A stretch of DNA of 64,000 nucleotides. It comes from the human T2T-CHM13v2.0 reference genome, Homo sapiens. Positions 44,500 to 58,230 of this stretch are shown here, piece by piece. Within the stretch, counting starts at the first letter, position 1, and each line of letters starts with the position of its first letter. The notes under the pieces are model-generated. The model was not told the origin of the DNA, did no database searches, and saw only the letters and a program-made list of their open reading frames with translations. The stretch lies in NCBI RefSeq assembly GCF_009914755.1, contig NC_060928.1; one strand, 5' to 3'. Made by a program: the position numbers and the translations under genes.

Positions 44500-45190
44500 T
44501 GTATTAGTCAATGTAAAGTCAGGAAATGGTTCTTTCTGGTAAAATTCTGGCATTTAAATAATCACACCAATAATTTGAATGTCAGAATTTTAACATAAAG
44601 GACCACTAACCAATGACTACTATTTAAATAAGGTAAGAATAACTTTCAGAAAAAAAGTAGATACAGGGATCAGCCATTAAGACTGAGCAGGGTATCCGGG
44701 AAGGGAGTAAACTTGGGAGACCTTTGCCAATTGACTCTCAGATTTCAGACTTCCTTTGAAAGGATGTGACTTCAGCCCTTTATGGAGAAGTTTGCTGAAG
44801 TGCTACAGTCCAGGAATAAAAATCAGGAAACTGCCCAGTGGGGCACTGGTAAGACTTGATGGAGAGCTTTCCAGAATGCTGTGGAGACTCATTGGGAAAC
44901 TTCATAGTAATGTGCCAACAACAACTGCTAGAAAGCTGCCCACTAGAGCAACGCTGAAACTTATGGGAAAGCTGCCACCAGCAGCACCTCTGAAACACAC
45001 TTGAGAGTGAGAACCACTAGGAGTCTAGTTTCATTGTGGCTGTCAATCACCAGAGGAGCAAGAAGGAAAGGCATACTGGAACCAGGAAGATAAACCTTTT
45101 CTTCCTGCAGTGTCCCACCAGGGCTCTCCACTAGCAAATTTAATATTGTACCAGCTGACAAAAGGAGAGATGTTTATAAGTTTGCTTGGA
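44500..45190. mobile_element. Ancient LTR-like element, family not assigned
   Basis: Starts 'tgtattagtca'; GC-richer than the flanks; internal imperfect repeats of 'gggaaagctgcc/ctgaaac'. Confidence 0.4.
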
Positions 45191-45340
45191 AAAGTGATAT
45201 CTGGCCCAGTAGTATTCCTGTTGTTGACTTTACTTCTGTGTAGTTTGTCTTTCTCTACTATTTGAACTCCTTAACTCCTGGGAAGGCTTTGATTATTCTA
45301 AATTTCAGCTTTGGTCTCCAAACACCATGGAAGACTCTTT

Positions 45341-45938
45341 TAAACTAGTTCAACCAATGTGGAAGTCAGTGTGGCGATTCCTCAGGGATCTAGAACTAGA
45401 AATACCATTTGACCCAGCAATCCCATTACTGGGTATATACCCAAAGGATTATAAAACATGCTGCTATAAAGACACATGCACATGTATGTTTATTGCGGCA
45501 CTATTCACAATAGCAAAGACTTGGAACCAACCCAAATGTCCAACAATGATAGACTGGATTAAGAAAATGTGGCACATATACACCATGGAATACTATGCAG
45601 CCATAATAAATGATGAGTTCATGTCCTTTGTAGGGACATGGATGAAGCTGGAAACCATCATTCTTAGCAAACTATTGCAAGGACAAAAAACCAAACACCG
45701 CATGTTCTCACTCATAGGTGGGAATTGAACAATGAGAACACATGAACACAGGAAGGGGAACATCACACACGGGGGCCTGTTGTGGGGTGTGGGGAGAGGG
45801 GAGGGATAGCATTAGGAGATATACCTAATGTTAAATGATGAGTTAATGGGTGCAGCACACCAGCACATGTATACATATGTAACAAACCTGCACGTTGTGC
45901 ACATGTACCCTAAAACTTGAAGTATAATTAAAAAATAA
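45341..45938 (+). mobile_element. 5'-truncated young L1PA (about L1PA4): last ~128 codons of ORF2 plus 3'UTR
   Basis: ORF 45327-45728 (KLVQPMWKSVWRFLRDLELEIPFDPAIPLLGIYP...HRMFSLIGGN) is the L1 ORF2p C-terminus; G-rich 3'UTR and short A tail follow. Confidence 0.95.
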
Positions 45939-47194
45939 TTCTCTACCTCTTAGAAGATAAATTCTACTCAGTACCTCCATGTCTTTCTCAAATTGCACAG
46001 AAGTTGACAAACATTTTAATAAAACAGTGGTATAAAATGTTTTATTATAACTTTTATAATTAATACATTCTTTATAAGTGTCTCTTCTGTCTATGATTTT
46101 GGCCCCAGAGTGCCATATACCTTTAGCATCTCTCTCATGATATTAAAGAGAAGATATATTTGTGATATATTTGTTTTGTATTTTGCTTGTTTTGTTTTCT
46201 AGTTGTTCTTTGCAGAAGTATTGCTGTTCTACGTGCTAGTTCATCACAGGTGGAAGTGGAAGTCCATGGAAATATTTGAAAAGAAAATTATTCACATGGA
46301 GTCTAATATTTGCAATAACACTTATTTGTGAAAAGGGAAAATACAGCCTCTAAAAGAGTATTTATTTACTCATTATTTTTATTTGTTGACATTAAAGCCG
46401 GGTTTTTTAATCCATGTGCTTTTATAATTTTTGTGAGGAAACATGTTTTGCAGCATTTAATCCAAAGTCTGAAATTCAAAGATAATACCATTTATCTTTC
46501 TGTTAAGATCTCCTATGAAGAGCCAATTTGTTCATATGCTGAGGCAAAATGTTAACCTTTACGGAAATATAGCAGTAGTGTCTTAACTACTTTTTTAGCT
46601 ACTTAAGCCGCAAGAGATTTTCCTCAGTCAAGACTGCTTAAGTCAGGCTAGTCTGTTATAAGAGTGAAAAAGCAGAAACCACAGCATTTTAAGTTTTTTG
46701 AAGTTTCTGCTTTTCCAAGTTAGTTATTGCTTAATCTCAAAGTTACTCTTCAATTAAGTGTGACATGTGGAATATAATTATGCATCCATTTTACAATATG
46801 TCCACATGCCAACAGGGGCCTCTCTTTTTAGTAGTTTCATTGTTGTTTCCAATAAAGAATAGAGAGTTTTCCTCTCTTGTTGCAGCATATTGAGACAGTG
46901 AGGTAAATTCAACGCAAAAAAATGCATAGAAAATAATTAAAGGCAACATGTAAATGGGGGCTTGATGTGGCATGTAGTACTCTATAGGTGCTGAGGATAT
47001 GGCCAGAGTGGGTTCCCATTAAGACAGAGTCTGGCTGTAAGTCTAAGAATGCATATTTAACTTGTATTCAAATAGCATATGACAGATGAAAAGCACATTT
47101 CATACATTATTACTTTTTCCTCACAACAACACCATGAACTGGAGATTTTGGCTAAAATGTTCTCAAGCAATATTCCCTAAAGCAGAGAATATTT

Positions 47195-47600
47195 TTATAT
47201 TCAACAAACATTTTCAAGATTTTACTCACTGAAAGGCAATATAGGTGGCTCTAAGAACACAATAGTAAGTAAAAACATGGTGTTTACTCCTATAGCCTAG
47301 TGGAGGAGATTGGCATTAATCAGTTTCACACAAATGTAACATCTCAAACCATAATAAGGGATAAAAGGAAATAAATAGCATATTATAAGCACGTATACGA
47401 AGAAAATCTGAACTTCTCTGAGAATTTGGTGAAGCCATTCTAGAGTGAGTGATTTGAGTTGAAATAGGAACAAATGTCATATGTACACAGGAGAAGTGTT
47501 GAGTTGGTGATAGCACTCCAGGCAGAAAGGAGAAGGATGTACAGATGTATTGAAGGATTAACAATGTGGCAGAAATAAAAAGAGTGCAGACAGAAACCTG
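47195..47600 (-). mobile_element. L2 3' region
   Basis: 'ttcaacaaacattt...gcctagtggaggaga...agcactccaggcagaaagga'. Confidence 0.6.
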
Positions 47601-47674
47601 ATTCTTCTGACCCCATATGATGCTCACTTTAACAATCCTACATGAGCTATAGTCAAAGAAAAATAATGGAAGAA

Positions 47675-47870
47675 TGCAGGGTTCAGGGCCATGCAGTCTC
47701 ATTACTGTCAACTAGCTATGTGATCTCGGTCAACTTTCTCAACTCCCTGAGACTCTTTTTATACTATACATACAGAGAAATAATGCTTTAAACATTAAGA
47801 TAGAATGGGATGACACATAGAAAATAAATGATAGAACATAAATGACATATAGAAGGTACTAAATAACAGT
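47675..47870 (+). mobile_element. MIR
   Basis: 'actagctatgtgatctcggtcaactttctcaactccctgagactc'. Confidence 0.6.
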
Positions 47871-48261
47871 CAGTTTTCCCAAGAGATGAAAAACTTTCTT
47901 ACAATCATGATGCAAGTTAGTAAACAGGATAAAAATTATGTCAACAGGAGTTATTTTTCTCAAGGTATAATACTTTGGTGTATTATCATTTTTATGGAAT
48001 TTTTCCTAAAATATATTTATCAATGATGTTTTAGTTTCAAATAATATATTTAAGTATTATTCCCTTAACTGTAATTAATCTCAGGCATTCTAAATACTTT
48101 AGACACATGTTCTTTCAAATGCATCATTTTACTTTTTGTTAGTTGTTACTTCTATGAACTTAGATTCCACATACCAGAGACTATAATGAGATCGTAACTA
48201 ATACTTACATGTTTAGCAGCTTCCCACCCCAATGCAACATTTACTCAGCACTTCTACTCTA

Positions 48262-48582
<321 letters not shown>

Positions 48583-50065
48583 TTTATGCAACATGGCCTA
48601 TACTAGTCTATATTACTATCTACAATCAATGAGCAATTTGTTATTCTAAATCTGTTTCTAAACTAGCACCAAAATGAGCCATCTCAGACAATAAATCTAG
48701 TGAGAGATTTATTATGATAAGCATAATATAAATGACCTATGTCATTTTGAGAAAGAGATGTTTTCTCAAGTTCCACATTTAGTTTTTCTTGCCAGGAATG
48801 ATATTACACATCTTTCTGTCAAAATGCTGATAATTATTCCAAAGTAGGTTTAAAGCCTTCCTTATCTTTAAGGCCAAAGTGACTTCACCCTTTAGTAAAT
48901 TTTAATAGCTCTTCTTGTCTACATTTTATATAACGAGCTGACCACTGAAGTAATTTCATCCCAGGCTTATGTTTCTTATCTACTCTTATCTACTCTGTAA
49001 GCTTCTTATAAATAGAACTGATCTGTTTATTGATCAATCGAACTGTAATTGTTTATTAATATGTAAGCATATACATTTCTGTATATGTCTTTATACATAT
49101 ATACTATATTAATTTCTGTATATGTGTGTATACATATACACTATATTAATCATTGGAAGAAAAATTGGATAGTACAGAAAAGCATAACACTTCAAAACAC
49201 TCTGTTAATATATTTGAATTCATGAAATGTTTATTTAATATCGATTTCAGTCCCTCTTCTAGATATCAGGGATATGTCAGTCCTTGCCATCATGAAGATA
49301 ATATTCTAGTACAAAGGGAGATAGTCATTAAAATTAATAGTTGAATTTTATAATATATTAGAAAGTTATAATGACTCTGGAGAAACATAAACTCATCAGA
49401 AAGCTTAAATTCCAGATGGATGTCATTGAAAGTAAACACCAAAATTGAATTATGCTATATAGTGAGAATTATTCCAGAGAAAAATAAAGCAGGGAAGAGT
49501 ATATGCAGTACTAGGAAGGTTGCAACCTTAAGTCAGTCAACGAAGCCCTCAGTGTGAATTTCATGTTAGCAAAGACTTTAAGGTGAGGAGAGAATAAGCT
49601 GTATGAACACCTATGGGAAGAGTATGCTCTGGGAAGTCCATAGCTGTTTCAAAAACCCCAAGCTAGAGTGAGAGCAGAGTAACTGGAAAAGAATGATGAA
49701 GGGAGAGATTAGTAGACGAGAAGGTCAGGTGGGTTATGAGGAATCAGAAATCAAAGGGCTTTACGGGCTTGGACTATATAAGGAAGTGCTTTTGTTTCAT
49801 TCAGAGTGAGAAAAATTATTACGACTTCTCTCTTTTCACAGAAGAGTAATATAAACTAATATTATTTGAACATATTTCTGGCTTCTATGTTAAGAACAAA
49901 CTATAGGAATTGTTGGCAGGAATATAGGGAGATGAGCTAAGAGTCACTGCAATGCAATAATCCAAGCATTGGATTGATAGTGAACTGGATCAGGTAACAA
50001 ATTTTTTTCATATTTTGAGGGTAGATCCAGTAAGATTCATTCATGCATGGCTAAAAGGTGCAATA

Positions 50066-50150
50066 CAGACAGACAGACAGAGATAGAGAGAGAAGAGGAG
50101 AGGAGAAGAGAGGAGAGGAGAGGAGAGGAGAGGAGAGGAGAGGAGAGAGA
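50066..50150. repeat. (GACA)n-(GAGGA)n polypurine microsatellite
   Basis: Directly visible. Confidence 0.93.
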
Positions 50151-50307
50151 TTCAGGGTGACTCCAATTTTTTTGGCCTGAACAACTGAAAGTTGTCATTA
50201 ACTGAGAATGAATAATTAGATTTTAGATATAACAATTGAATTTTGTTGGGACTTGGGACATTGGAAGTTATAAAATATGCATTAGCTAGCCAAGCAAAGA
50301 TGCTGAG

Positions 50308-50726
50308 TGTATTAGTCCATTCTCACATTGCTATAAAGAAATATCTGAGACTGGGTTATTTATAAAGAAAAGAATTTTAATTGGCTCACAACTCCATAGG
50401 CTGTTTTATGTATACAACGTATAAGAAGCATGGTAGTATCTGCTTCTGGGGAGGCTTCCGAGAGCTTTTTATTCATGGTGGAAGGAAAAATGGGAGCTGG
50501 CATTCTGCAGGAACAGGACGAAGGGTGTAAGTGACACACACTTTTAAACAACCAGAACTCATGAGAACTCAGCACCACCAAGACAATACCAAGGGGGATG
50601 GTGGTAAAGAATTCATGAGAAATCCACCCCCATGAGTCAGTTACCTCCCACCAGGCCCCACCTCCAACACTGGAAATTGCAATTTAGCATGAGATTTGGG
50701 TAGGGACACAGATCCAAATTATATTA
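50308..50726 (-). mobile_element. Solo MSTA/MSTB LTR
   Basis: 'tgtattagtccattctcacattgctataaagaaata...atctgcttctggggaggc...gggacacagatccaaa'. Confidence 0.88.
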
Positions 50727-53064
50727 TGAATAAGCAATTGGATAAATTACTCTGATTCTTTTGGAGAGATCTTGACTAGTGATGCAATTTGGGGTGCTAT
50801 TAGTAGAATACTGAGACTGAATGAGATTACCAAACTGTTGAGGGTAGAAAGAGATGAGTTAATATTTGGAGACAACGTTCTGATTTAGTTAAATGCTACA
50901 ATGTGGTTGAGATAGAAAGAATCCCTCAGGAAAATAGAGCAATGGACCAAAACAGCCAAAAGTTAAAGGAGACAGTATTCTGTGGTGCAGTAGATGTTAA
51001 CTAATGTAATTATTTACACTGTTTCCAATTTACTAAAAGATCCAATAAGATGATGATGGGTTTGATAATATGAAGATCCTTGAGAAAACTAGTTTAATCA
51101 TGACATGATTCAAAATCTGACTGGAATTGGGTAAAAAGAGAAAAGAGAGAAAGTGAAGGCAACCCTTTTCAGGAATTATGTGTAAAAGATAAAAGTTATG
51201 TGATAAATGACTGTTTTTTTTTTTTTTTGCTTTCTTTAATATGAGAAAAAAGAAAATTATGGTTTTATACTAAAGAATATGATTCATTTGACAGAACAGT
51301 TTGATGACGCAAGAGAGAGATTAGGGAACTATTGGGAAAATATCTTGTGTAGGAAAGAGTAAAAGGGTTTGATTTAGCAACCAGGTGACAGGGATGGACT
51401 TGTATAGGAGCATGGAAGGTTTACTCATGGAATTAGGCACAGACAACTACACTTAAAAGTAAGAAATATAGAATATATGAGCAGAGATGCTGGAGACAGG
51501 TAGATCATTAGTGTAAGCTCATGTATTAAAATGTCTTTAGTCACCACTTTTATTTCCATAGATGAAATAAGGATATCTGTTAGAGAAAAACAGAGAGGAC
51601 ATATCAGAAATTTGAGAAGAAAGTGTAAAATAACCTAGTAAAGTAAGAAAGTGAACAGACTAGGAAAGTATAGTATAATTGCACGGCAATATAAAGATTT
51701 GTGGTTAGGGATTTAGATTAAGAAAAATCGGCTTGGTTGTATATTTTCCTCTAGCCTCATTTGGCTGCATAAATATAGGTGGAATGTGAGTGGAAAATTG
51801 GATTTAACCAGAGTTTTTTGTTATTCATTTAACATAATAATGAAAAATGACTGTATTATTTTTAAACTGCCATTTTAAAATTTTAACTATTATATAATTT
51901 TTTAAGAAGCACACCAGGCTTTACTCAACCATTTCCCCATGGTTGGACATGTAGGTTGTTGCCAATGTTTTCTATGATAAGAAACTTGAACATTTTAGAA
52001 TATATAAATTTTTATGTATAGAATGTATTCCTTCAGATAAATTAATAGACTTTTAATTATGCTATAAAATAACATGAAAATATTAAGGCTCTGGATATTT
52101 CTGCCAACTTTTCCTTCCCAATAAGGTATTGGCACCTATGTTTACCTCTTCTGTACAGTAAGTGAATAAAGTCATGATTATCACTTTCAGTTTGGCTAAC
52201 TGACCACCTTGAAACCTGTCAGCTCAGACAAGACATATTATTTTTGTCATATATTAACATTTATTCATTTAAAACGTTTCTGATATATTTTGTTTCTTTC
52301 AGGGAATGTTCATTTTATTTGAACCTTATGCCTTCCCTAAGTTGTGCTCTAAAGTTTTGAAACAAATAGAAACACCCACCCTCAGGAAAGTTAACCTTCT
52401 ATCTACACTGCAGAGTCCCTAACTTGAGGAAATGTCTCTGATCCATGAGAAACATTTCTTTCAGTTTACTTTTACACTTAAACAATGCTAGGCACTCAAT
52501 ATCAGGTGCAGATCCCCTGTCAGTTTTAAAAAAGCCATTATTTTTATAATATTGTGAGTTTCGTCTTCATCTGTTTCCCATAAGCCAGCTGAAATTCTGC
52601 TTCCTATCTTTCTTTCATTCATATCTTGACCTTATAAAGCTTACTGTACTTTATCTTTGCCCTCTTGTTTCTTCAATAACATTCTTCCAGCCTCCTCTGT
52701 TGCACACTTTGGCTAATTATTTTCTATTATCTGCCTGATTGTTACTGAACTTTCTTTATATATAGAAAATCTACTTCCCTACTACTGAAGCTGTCATTCT
52801 CTGATTCCTACATATGGACTAAGATCTGTGTAAGATAATCTTTTAACTTTCACTCTGGTCTGGATTCTCTTCTGCATGGTGGTAATTTAACATCAAATGC
52901 CACACACTAGCTGGAGTTTTCAGCACAATTTATACAAAGAAACTATTCAATAAATATTTTCCTATTGAAATTCCCAAAATTCATTGCAGATACATAAAAT
53001 AATTAGGTATACATATTTTTCTAAACAGATTTGATTTTTTAAACATCTGTAAAAAATACTTTAG

Positions 53065-53830
53065 GTGAGGTAGCTTCTAGAATTAAGGCAGTGAGAACTC
53101 CACAAACACTCTCTTAAGCAAAGCAATCATAACTGATAAAAATTATTTAAAAATAAACATTTGAAGTCTTAAAATTTCCCTAAAGGACTATAGAAGATAA
53201 AGAAATTTTTATTCAAGAAAATCTACTGAATCTTTTTTTTTTTTTTTTTTTTTTGAGAAAGAGTCTCACTTTGTTGCCCAGTCTGGAGTGAAGTTGTGGG
53301 ATCTCGGCTTACTGTAACCTCCGCCTCCTGGGTTCAAGCAATTCTCCTGCCTCAGCCTCCCAAGTAGATGGGACTACAGGTATGCGCCACCATGCCTGAA
53401 TAATTTTTGTTTGTTTAGTAGAGACAGGGTTTCACCATATTGGCCAGGCTGGTCTCGAACTCCTGGCCTCATGTGATTCACCCGCCTAGGTCTCCCAAAG
53501 TGCTGGGATTACAAGCGTGAGCCACCGTGCCTGGCCCAATCTACTGAGTCTTAAAAAAAAAAGCTGCAGTCATTGGCATGAGCTGTGGCCTGCTCCCCAG
53601 ACCCAGCTCAATAATGCAGAGGCTCTAAGCAGGTATTCCTCTCCCCTCAGATCTCAATCAAGGTCTGTGGTATCTCCTACCCCAGACACACAAAAAGGCT
53701 ACACATGTTCTTCCTCTTTTCCTGTTGCATGACACAGAAGCTCTATTCCAAAAAGAGCAGGTGAGAGGTCCAGGTCTCTCTTTGTCCACACAGCTTTACT
53801 GGGAAAGCAGAAGCTCTACCCCAAGCATGG
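53065..53830 (+). mobile_element. Old L1M (L1MC/M4-like) 5'-region fragment split by an Alu
   Basis: 'tttattcaagaaaatctactgaatct' and neighbouring sequence resemble L1M4/MC 5' ends. Confidence 0.5.
53233..53536 (-). mobile_element. AluSx-type
   Basis: Full reverse dimer; TSD aatctactgaatctt / aatctactgagtctt. Confidence 0.92.
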
Positions 53831-53939
53831 TAGATATGTAGGTTAAAAAAGCACGGCAGACATATATTCACTAGGTCACAGAAAACATTAAAAATAAATT
53901 AAATTAAATAATTTAATTCAATATTAATTAAGCTGAAAA

Positions 53940-56040
53940 TAGATGTTGTCTGTGCCACAGGTCCTTTCAGGAATAACAGTGAAATACCCTGATGAGAGAC
54001 AATTCTTCAAAGGACAGAGCTTTGGGCAGGACATCTGATATCCACTTTGTGTGGAAGAGAAAGTAGCACAAGTTTGGAATGCATCCAGACTCACAGACAG
54101 TTGCAAACGCTTGACCTATTGGTCAGGTGCTTGGAAGAAAAAGATTGGAAGACAGAAAATGAAAATATTAGATATAAGCTTGTGGGAGGACTGGCCAGTA
54201 ATGGTCACAGAACACAGTAATAGCTGTATTGCATCTAAATGCCTACCAGGGATCAACCACATTGGAAGAGACACTAAATTGTCAAATAGATTTACTCAGT
54301 AAATTTATGTCAACCCACCTCTGTCATTGACCACCCAGAGCAGGAATAATAGGTAGATGTATGAATACAAAGGGGCAAAGCTATAGTCTCTACATAAGAC
54401 AAGTCTGATTAAGCTACTGACACTTTCAAGTGTCGAATCTTCCAGAATGAGAGATGGACATTGAATTCCTAATATGGCATTTTTCCTCAAAGATACAAGC
54501 CAGTTTTTGGTGATAAAATGATTAAATTTGAATCTTTCCACACTGAAATAGTGTAGAAATTTATCTTCACTGAAATCACTTCTTACTTTGCACTTGAGTT
54601 TGTTTTTCTTGCCTGCAATCTGTCAACCAGCAACCCCCACTGAAGACTCATAGAGTGTTTGATTCACCAAAACAGCATCTCCCATGATATTGCATCAGAT
54701 CAAGGCACTCATTTTACATTTAAAAAGATTATGTCAAGAGAGTCATGAACATAAAAATAGTGGAACAACAAAAGAGAGTGGTGAACAGCCTATTGAAGGC
54801 ATAGCTGAGTGTTGGGTTTTGTAACAATGTTCTATTAAGAGGGTCACCATTCTTTGGAATGCTGTGTATATGCTAAATCAATTGCATTATTCATTCCTGT
54901 ATTCTGATATGTATATACATAAGTCCAGTAACCAAGGCACAGATGCAGAAATTGTCCCCCTTGCCATCATTTCCCATGACTTGCTGGAGGAATCTGTGAT
55001 TCTATCTTTATAACTCTGTGCTGTGTAGAAAAAGAATCCTGTTTCTCAAAAGAGGAACATTTCCACTAAGAAACAATGCAAGAGAAAATCCTATTGAATT
55101 TTAACCTATAGCTCCTGTTTGGCCACTTTGTGCATCTTGTGCCAAGAATTCAGCAAGCAAGTCAATGAATCATCACCCTGAACTGGTTAATTAATTGTAA
55201 TCATTAGGAGGAGGTAGGACAGGGATAAGTGTATTTGCTAACCATCCCTAAAAATTACTGGTACCGTTTGAATATTTGTCCCCTCCAAATCTCGTGCTGA
55301 AATGCAAGCCTAAATTTTGTAGGTGGGGTCTGGTGAGAGATATTAAGGCCATTGAAGTGTGGGTGGTTTGATGGCTTCCCAAGAGTAATTAATGAGTTTT
55401 TGCTCTATTAGTTCACATGAGAACTGATGTTAAAAAGAACCTGACACTTCCTCCTCTCTCTTTCCCTTGCTCTTTCTCTCCTGCTATGTGATATGCCTGC
55501 TTCCTTTTTGCCTTCCCCCATGATTGAGAGCTTCCCGAGGCCTTACAAAAGGCAGAGTGGATATTGGCGCCTTGATTTTTATAGAATGTGCAGAACTGTG
55601 AGTCAAATGAACCTCTTTTTTTTACAAATTACCCAGCCTCAGGTGTTGCATTATAGCAAGACAAAAGGGACTAGCACAATTTTCTTGCCCAATTTTGATG
55701 GTAAATGAAAAAGCACAGCACCTATGGCTTGAGAAGGGCATATTAAACAGAGGATTGAAACTCTCAAGGATGAGTCTTGATCATCCCACCAGGTGAGCCA
55801 TTTTGATCACAGAGGTGTGGCTAGCTAAGAGTAAAGGGAATTTACAGAGGTAGAGAAGGAAAACAATGTGTTGCCTTCTGTAAAGTTTCCTGCAGTTTCA
55901 GCTGCAGGGAATATAGTGTGCCAGTTGTTTCACCAATATTTCTTTTAAAATTTTTCTGCAGAAAAAGAGGATCACTGTATTAAGGTAGGTGCCCCCAGGA
56001 ATCAAACTAAGTAAATGGATCTAAGTAGTGCAAGGAAGGG
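53940..56040 (+). mobile_element. ERVL-class internal remnant (ERV3-16A3-like; decayed pol RNase H/integrase region)
   Basis: 'tcttcaaaggacagagcttt' and 'gactcacagacagttgcaaac...tggtcaggtgcttggaag...gattggaaga' correspond to the ERVL motifs SSQWAEL / DSWAVAN / WSGTWK..DWK; followed by an LTR16-like LTR. Confidence 0.65.
55258..55678 (+). mobile_element. Solo MSTB-type LTR nested in the ERVL remnant
   Basis: 'gtttgaatatttgtcccctccaaatctc...aaattacccagcctcagg...gactagcaca'. Confidence 0.85.
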
Positions 56041-56044
56041 ACTT

Positions 56045-56460
56045 CATATAGGCTTTGCTGTTCAAGTCAGGTAGCAAAGCCTCCTCCCAGTTAGTACTGA
56101 TTTATTATTCTGCCTGGTCAGAAGGTTGTCATCTGAGAGCTGAGCCTTATTCAGCAATTGTTTTTGCTGAACAGTGTCACCTGCCCTTTGTTCATGTTCT
56201 CTTTCCCAGTCAGCCCACATTCAGTGACTGCTGGACACAAGGGTATAAAGACCCAGCCTTCTCCCCGAGAGTTGGTCAAACTCTGAAAAGCCCTATTAGC
56301 TTCAAAATTTCTCAAAGTGTTGGCAGAGGAATTGCTTTAACCGCGGGACTGCACATTGTCTCCTTCGATTCATTTCATTTTCCTTCAAAATGTTGATACC
56401 AAGAGCATTCATAATAAATTTCCTGCATGTATAAATTCATTTCAGTACCTGCTTCCAGGA
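56045..56460 (+). mobile_element. LTR16-like ERVL LTR
   Basis: 'cagcccacattcagtgactg...gggtataaagacccagcc...caaactctgaaaagcc...taataaatttcctgcatg'. Confidence 0.65.
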
Positions 56461-56776
56461 GATACAGGAAGACAGGTCCCCAGATGGGCTTGGCCACCCA
56501 GCTCTCCCCTTCTTCCTTTCAGTTCTTGAGCAGAAATCTACTGAGAATGCAGCATCCTGTGATGAAGAGGAAATGCATGAAACTACCCCTGCTGAGTTCT
56601 CGTTCCTCAAAAAACAGCGTGTTCTGCAACCCCGGAGCTTAGTGTGCCAAGTTGCATCCAGAATATTAAACCCAGGGCAGAGTACTTTTGGAGTTTCTCA
56701 GTCAAACAAACTCCTCTTCTTTATAAATTACTCAGTCTCAAAATTCTGTTACAGCAACACAAAATGGACTCAGAAA
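56461..56776 (+). mobile_element. Composite LTR: MER54/MER74-like ERVL part joined to a MaLR (MST) 3' end
   Basis: 'gagaatgcagcatcctgtgat...aaacccagggcag' followed by 'ctcttctttataaattactcagtctc...ttacagcaacacaaaatggact'. Confidence 0.45.
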
Positions 56777-58004
56777 GAACCCTTGCAAGAGAACCTGTGA
56801 CACTCTCCAAAATTAGCATCTTCTTGTTGATCAGATATCCCATAATGCATAAAAATAGGCAGTTATTATCCTGGAGTGTGTGTTTAAAGCTGATCCACAC
56901 AGCATGTCATGAAGATCACTGAAGGGGTTTATCTATCTGTGTTGAAAGTAAAGACGCAAAGTGTGCATGCTGAACCAGAACCATCTTGATGGCTATGAGA
57001 GATGCATAACAAAGAAAGCTTCCTTGACTATCTGAATTATAACCAATTCAATACAGAAAAGTCATATGTTTGACCAACTGTCATGCTTGTCTCCTATTGT
57101 TATTTACCAATTTTGCTGCTTTGGCAATTATATGTTAATTGAAAATTATTTCAATAAACAGATCACATTTTTTACTACATATGTATATTTCTATTTGAGT
57201 AATCTACAAAGAAAGATAGTCATAAACTAATAAAGCTTAAATTAAATCCTAGTGAATAATTATTATTTGATCAGGTTAATAAATATTATTTCACCTTGAA
57301 ATGACTTTTGGTCCTATAATATTTATGAGAAATACTTGCATTTATGTGAAATATTTTCTACCTGGCTTTATGTATTTAAAATATTTAACTTAACATGTCA
57401 AAGCAATTAATATTTATTTTGAACAAACCTACTTCCTCAGAATTTTCTGTTTGAACTATATTTTTGTTAGTAATGAGGATTACATTACTGCCATTATAAA
57501 TCACCATTAATAAAGAGTACGTGCATAGGAGCTATGTTCCTAGATGTTACAGTTTGTAGGTCTCATCTTGAATGCAGACAGTACTTGGAGAAATTATCCA
57601 GAGGACATTGAATAAATAAAAGTTTGGTCTCTTTAATCTGTAAGATTACTTTGAGATCCATAAGCTTACTGTGTAGGCAGTTTAATTACTTGTTTCAAAA
57701 TAGTATTATAATAACATTTGTACAAATTTGGACTATCTTCTGCCATAACTATGTCCTTTATATTAACCTTTATTGTTCACATGATGAAGACAAAAAAGAA
57801 AAATGAACCTCATAAACTGAGGCATACTACAGAAGGCTCTAGACTCTAGACTGAGTCTAGTATAAGATTCAGAGGAATCTATACTATCATAGTGTTTATT
57901 AGGAGTATATATTCTTACAAAACAGACAATTCTGCCCTGGCAAAGATTTATAGAAGGATGCAAGTATCAGGGAAAATGATATTGTTAAATGTCATAAAAT
58001 AGAA

Positions 58005-58230
58005 CAACAAGAATACTTTATTATTTATCTGAATACATGCTAGTTTCATATAAATTATTTTACATCTTTTCTAGTAAATAATTGAGTTAGGTACTTTAAA
58101 ATTCTCCAATTTACAAATTAGGACAATGGAGTTTAGAACTATTAGAAGATACATTGCCCAAGACATCTTTCGAAGTGGCTGCATAGAGAATTAAATTCTA
58201 TTACTCTGACTTCAAGTTCATGCTCTCTTC
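58005..58230 (-). mobile_element. MIR
   Basis: 'gagttaggtact...ctccaatttacaaattagga...ttgcccaagacatc...ctgacttcaagttcatgctct'. Confidence 0.6.

Larger units (their letters stand above)
49230..51810 (-). mobile_element. Long L2 remnant interrupted by a microsatellite and an MST LTR
   Basis: 'attttgagggtagatccagtaagatt', 'tttggcctgaacaactgaaagttgtcattaactgaga' and 'gagactgaatgagattacc'. Confidence 0.7.

Noticed and set aside
45327-45728. 133-aa ORF that looks like a real protein
   Set aside because: It is the L1 ORF2p C-terminus of a truncated L1PA; the ATG comes from the flank by chance. It is not a host gene.
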